Shown: piece after piece, positions 17,037 through 19,993 of the stretch
Position numbering within the stretch: position 1 is the first letter of the stretch
Layout: each line of letters starts with the position of its first letter
Virus record (IMG/VR): IMGVR_UViG_2671180846_000035
Length of the DNA: 19,993 nucleotides
DNA from: a virus
Lineage: Duplodnaviria > Heunggongvirae > Uroviricota > Caudoviricetes
Reading direction: 5' to 3' (one strand)
Program-made: the position numbers and the translations under genes
Notes under the pieces: generated by a model
The model's input: the letters and a program-made list of their open reading frames with translations, nothing else
Told to the model about the DNA's origin: nothing
The model's database searches: none

Positions 17037-17240
17037 TTAGCTGTTAGCCAAAGCGTCTTTTAACATCGCCACAAGGTTTACTTCAGGCTTTTCCATTTTG
17101 GCGCGTTTGGGGCGGATAATAATTCGACCGTCAGCCAACATCTTTTTGCATGTATTAAGAGGGATACCTGTTATCTCTGCATATTTCTGCAGGGATACAT
17201 AGGGGGCATTCACATTGATATTGATGGTTATACCTGACAT
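17037..17240 (-). CDS. Cox-like HTH DNA-binding protein (excisionase/regulator family)
   Basis: 67 aa; APYVSLQKYAEITGIPLNTCKKMLADGRIIIRP resembles the HTH region of P2 Cox as I remember it. Confidence 0.5.
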   Translation of the reverse strand: MSGITININVNAPYVSLQKYAEITGIPLNTCKKMLADGRIIIRPKRAKMEKPEVNLVAMLKDALANS

Positions 17241-17256
17241 CCCACTAGCCTCCTGA

Positions 17257-17463
17257 TCAGGAAGATTTGTTTTGTTCTTTCTGGGTTAGCTCTAGGCCGC
17301 GAAGGAAGATCATGCGCGCCATGTTAGAGGATGAGCGTTGTTCTTTAGCTGCCATTTCATCAATGACGGCTCGCTCCTCGAGGGACAGCCGAAGTGCCAG
17401 TCTTGGACCTGTGGCGGTGTTACGCGGAATGCGTGATCTGGTATCGTGAAGAACTTGTTTCAT
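17257..17463 (-). CDS. Small DNA-binding regulator (possible ribbon-helix-helix), first gene of the early operon
   Basis: 68 aa; the RLALRLSLEERAVIDEMAAKE pattern resembles an RHH beta-strand plus helix; position is Cro/Apl-like, divergent from the repressor. Confidence 0.45.
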   Translation of the reverse strand: MKQVLHDTRSRIPRNTATGPRLALRLSLEERAVIDEMAAKEQRSSSNMARMIFLRGLELTQKEQNKSS

Positions 17464-17538
17464 AGTGGTATATTGTGATCATCTAATAGCTCGTGAAATC
17501 ATTTTGGTATCAAAAAAGATACCTGTCAAGGTTTTTGT
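17464..17538. promoter_or_regulatory. Lysis/lysogeny switch region with divergent promoters and candidate operator
   Basis: 75-bp region between the divergently transcribed repressor and early operon; perfect dyad GGTATC-aaaaaa-GATACC (about 17506-17523) and a TGGTAT repeat. Confidence 0.5.
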
Positions 17539-17943
17539 ATGAAAAATGATATTGGTCAGCGGTTGCGTGAGGAAAGGGAAAGATTGGGACTTAGTCAAGT
17601 TGCCATGAGCGACATTGGTGGAGTCAAAAAGCTAACTCAGCTTAGATATGAGAAAGGAGATAGCTTTCCTGATGCTGCGTATTTGGCAGCGCTGTCTCGT
17701 TTTGGCCTTGATGTTCAGTATGTTGTGTTGGGAATTCACTCACCTGAAACTTATAACGATGATGAGCAGGAGTTGATTACTCGCTTTCGAGCAGCTTCGT
17801 TAGATGTGAAAAACGCGGTGATCGGGGCTTTAAAAGGTGCGATCAGTGAAAAGGAAACTCAGCCATCAGGACGTGAGTTAAATATTTCTGGTGGTAATAA
17901 CCGTATCGCTGGTCGTGACTATAACGAAACTAAGGGTAGGTGA
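17539..17943 (+). CDS. Immunity repressor, HTH XRE/Cro-CI family
   Basis: 134 aa; N-terminal HTH (GQRLREERERLGLSQVAMSDIGGVKKLTQLRYEKG); transcribed towards int, opposite to the early operon, as for P2 C / 186 cI. Confidence 0.75.
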   Translation: MKNDIGQRLREERERLGLSQVAMSDIGGVKKLTQLRYEKGDSFPDAAYLAALSRFGLDVQYVVLGIHSPETYNDDEQELITRFRAASLDVKNAVIGALKGAISEKETQPSGRELNISGGNNRIAGRDYNETKGR

Positions 17944-17958
17944 TAGTAGGGAGGTGAC

Positions 17959-18609
17959 ATGGCCGTCAACTCAAACGGTTCAAACAATCGCGTTGCTGGG
18001 CGTGATTTTCACGAAAAGAATATTCAGATAGAGCGATATGATGGTTCTCATACCGTCAATATCGCAATCCCTTCGAATAATGATGATGACGATCGCCCTT
18101 TGCTTAAGGCTCAGCGTAAGGAGCTAAATAGCTTGGTTGCTGCTATTGCAGAAGCTAGCAATACTGAAGCGTTTATTATTTGGCAAAAAGTACATGCGGA
18201 GATTGGTGTAGCTGGTATTGATGATATGACAGTAAATCAATATAAAACAGCGGAGAGTTTTCTGCATGCAATGCTTGAGCGATGTAAAGATCATGATGCC
18301 TGTAAGACTCTTGTAAGTTTATTACTACGTAACAGTGAAGACTGTGGACTTCGACAAAAACTTCTGCGGTATTGCCATATCAATTTCGGTACAGGACGTT
18401 TAAACGATCTTACTCGTTCTCAGTTACAGTCTGCATTGTCGTGGTTAGAGCAACAATCGGCATCAAGTCACACAGAGAGTTCGGCCTTACCAGAAGTTCG
18501 ACTTCGTGCTTCAGAATTAATCCGACTTTATCCAAAAGAAATAATATTCTTTATCTGCGTAGGGGTTTTGGTAGGCGGTGCCATTTCTAGGGTGTTTTTT
18601 AATTTGTAA
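17959..18609 (+). CDS. Tail-anchored membrane protein of unknown function (216 aa)
   Basis: C-terminal hydrophobic segment IIFFICVGVLVGGAISRVFF; GGGAGG Shine-Dalgarno; AT-rich relative to the structural genes; inserted between repressor and int. Confidence 0.6.
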   Translation: MAVNSNGSNNRVAGRDFHEKNIQIERYDGSHTVNIAIPSNNDDDDRPLLKAQRKELNSLVAAIAEASNTEAFIIWQKVHAEIGVAGIDDMTVNQYKTAESFLHAMLERCKDHDACKTLVSLLLRNSEDCGLRQKLLRYCHINFGTGRLNDLTRSQLQSALSWLEQQSASSHTESSALPEVRLRASELIRLYPKEIIFFICVGVLVGGAISRVFFNL

Positions 18610-18638
18610 TCTTACTTGAGCTAAATTGAGGTAATGAT

Positions 18639-18986
18639 ATGAAAGTAAAAAAGGTTCAACTATTAGTTACTTTTTTATCTATGTTTTCTTTTTCCGCCGT
18701 CGCAATGCCTTTTAAAACTATTGAACGTGAGAGTTTCAATGGGGTATGGCCATTTAATACTGATGAGGTTCAATTACAGTGTCTTGATGGTAATCCTTAT
18801 GTGATGAATTTTGACGATAATAAGTTATATGCGCTTACAGGTTTAGCTCGAATAAAAGGTAAAACATTTGGTGCGTTACCGTTAGATAACAATAATCCAT
18901 TTTGGCTAGATAATGATGCCGCCCCAGGGTTAAAAAAGAGTCTGGGGGATGTCACTAAGGCTGCATTTGATTTATGTGATAAGTAA
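18639..18986 (+). CDS. Small secreted/periplasmic protein with signal peptide (115 aa)
   Basis: N-terminal signal peptide MKVKKVQLLVTFLSMFSFSAVA; two Cys in the mature part; GAGG Shine-Dalgarno; AT-rich. Confidence 0.6.
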   Translation: MKVKKVQLLVTFLSMFSFSAVAMPFKTIERESFNGVWPFNTDEVQLQCLDGNPYVMNFDDNKLYALTGLARIKGKTFGALPLDNNNPFWLDNDAAPGLKKSLGDVTKAAFDLCDK

Positions 18987-18991
18987 CTAAA

Positions 18992-19993
18992 ATGTCGGTT
19001 CGTAAGATTCCATCAGGTAAATGGCTTTGCGAATGTTATCCCTACGGGGCATCGGGAAAACGCATTCGTAAACAGTTTGCGACAAAAAGTGAGGCGCTCT
19101 CTTATGAGCGCCGTTTAATGAATAGTAGAGTTGGAGACGAGTTTCAAGATGGTTCTGGTCCTCGTCTTTCTGAGTTGATTGCTCGTTGGTTTGAGATGTA
19201 CGGTAAAACCTTGTCCTCTGGTGCAGAGCGCAAAGTCAAACTTGAGGCGATTTGTTCCAGGCTGGGGGATCCATTTGCTTCTCAGTTTGACAAAAATATG
19301 TTTGCTACTTATCGGGAAAGAAGGCTATCAGGAGAATGGAATCCCAAGGGGAAGAAAAAACTTAGTGAAGCAACCGTTAATCGCGAGCAGTCATATCTAC
19401 ATGCTGTTTTTGCCGAACTGAAGCGCCTTGGGGAGTGGTCTGGTGAAAACCCCCTGACTGGTATTCGCAAGTTTCGTGAGGAAGAAAAGGAACTGGCGTT
19501 TCTGTATGTAGATGAGATTGAACGCCTTCTGATTGCGTGTGATGAGTCACGGAATAAAGATTTGGGGGTTGTTGTCCGTATTGGGCTTGCGACTGGTGCT
19601 CGGTGGAGTGAAGCTGAAGGATTAAAGCAATCTCAAGTACTGCCCGGTCGAATCACATTTGTTAAAACTAAAGGAAAGAAGAACCGCACTGTACCGATTT
19701 CACCTCAATTGCAGGCTATGCTTCCTCAAAAACGAGGAGCGCTATTTTCACCATGTTATGAGGCTTTTGACGCTGCAATTAAGAGAGCGAAGATCGAGCT
19801 TCCTGATGGGCAATTAACTCATGTGCTACGTCACACGTTTGCCAGTCATTTTATGATGCGGGGCGGAAATATTCTTGTGTTGCAAAAAATACTGGGGCAT
19901 AGCGATATAAAAATGACTATGCGTTATGCGCATTTTGCTCCAGGTCATTTAGAGGCTGCTGTTGAATTGAACCCTTTTGACAATAGAGGGTAA
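18992..19993 (+). CDS. int: Tyrosine integrase, P2 Int family
   Basis: 333 aa; GKRIRKQF..KSEA, ..GARWSEAEGLK.., RITFVKTKGKKNRTVPIS, HVLRHTFASHFMMRGGNILVLQKILGH and MTMRYAHFAP match my recollection of P2 Int, including the catalytic R..HxxR..Y. Stop codon is at the window end. Confidence 0.9.
   Translation: MSVRKIPSGKWLCECYPYGASGKRIRKQFATKSEALSYERRLMNSRVGDEFQDGSGPRLSELIARWFEMYGKTLSSGAERKVKLEAICSRLGDPFASQFDKNMFATYRERRLSGEWNPKGKKKLSEATVNREQSYLHAVFAELKRLGEWSGENPLTGIRKFREEEKELAFLYVDEIERLLIACDESRNKDLGVVVRIGLATGARWSEAEGLKQSQVLPGRITFVKTKGKKNRTVPISPQLQAMLPQKRGALFSPCYEAFDAAIKRAKIELPDGQLTHVLRHTFASHFMMRGGNILVLQKILGHSDIKMTMRYAHFAPGHLEAAVELNPFDNRG

Noticed and set aside
1-19993. tRNA, rRNA, CRISPR array, insertion sequence or transposase
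   Set aside because: No cloverleaf-like conserved tRNA features, no regularly spaced direct repeats with spacers, and no transposase-like ORF or terminal inverted repeats were seen. The att site and any flanking tRNA are expected beyond 19993, outside the window.

Overview
This window is the cos-proximal half of an integrated P2-family (Peduovirus-like) prophage from an enterobacterial host, ending at the integrase. All calls rest on reading the translated ORFs against remembered family sequences; no database search was run. From right to left it holds a P2-type tyrosine integrase (18992-19993), two inserted genes (a tail-anchored membrane protein and a signal-peptide protein), an HTH immunity repressor, and a divergent early operon of small, mostly translationally coupled genes (15009-17463, minus strand) leading into the replication initiator gpA. 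Downstream of A sits an R1-type parM/parR actin-like partition cassette and an Ead/Ea22-like gene, in the position where P2 carries old/tin. Then comes a repeat-rich region where cos is expected by synteny, followed by the packaging and capsid genes (Q, P on plus; O, N, M, L, X on minus). The lysis cassette (holin, M15 endolysin, LysB/LysC spanins) is followed by a translationally coupled NanS-p-like sialate O-acetylesterase that is broken by a 50-N assembly gap (700-749). No tRNA, rRNA, CRISPR array or transposase was seen. The most unusual items are the parMR cassette, the two-gene insertion between repressor and integrase with a peptide motif shared across the gene boundary, the esterase fused to the lysis operon, and an unannotated 37-aa membrane peptide.
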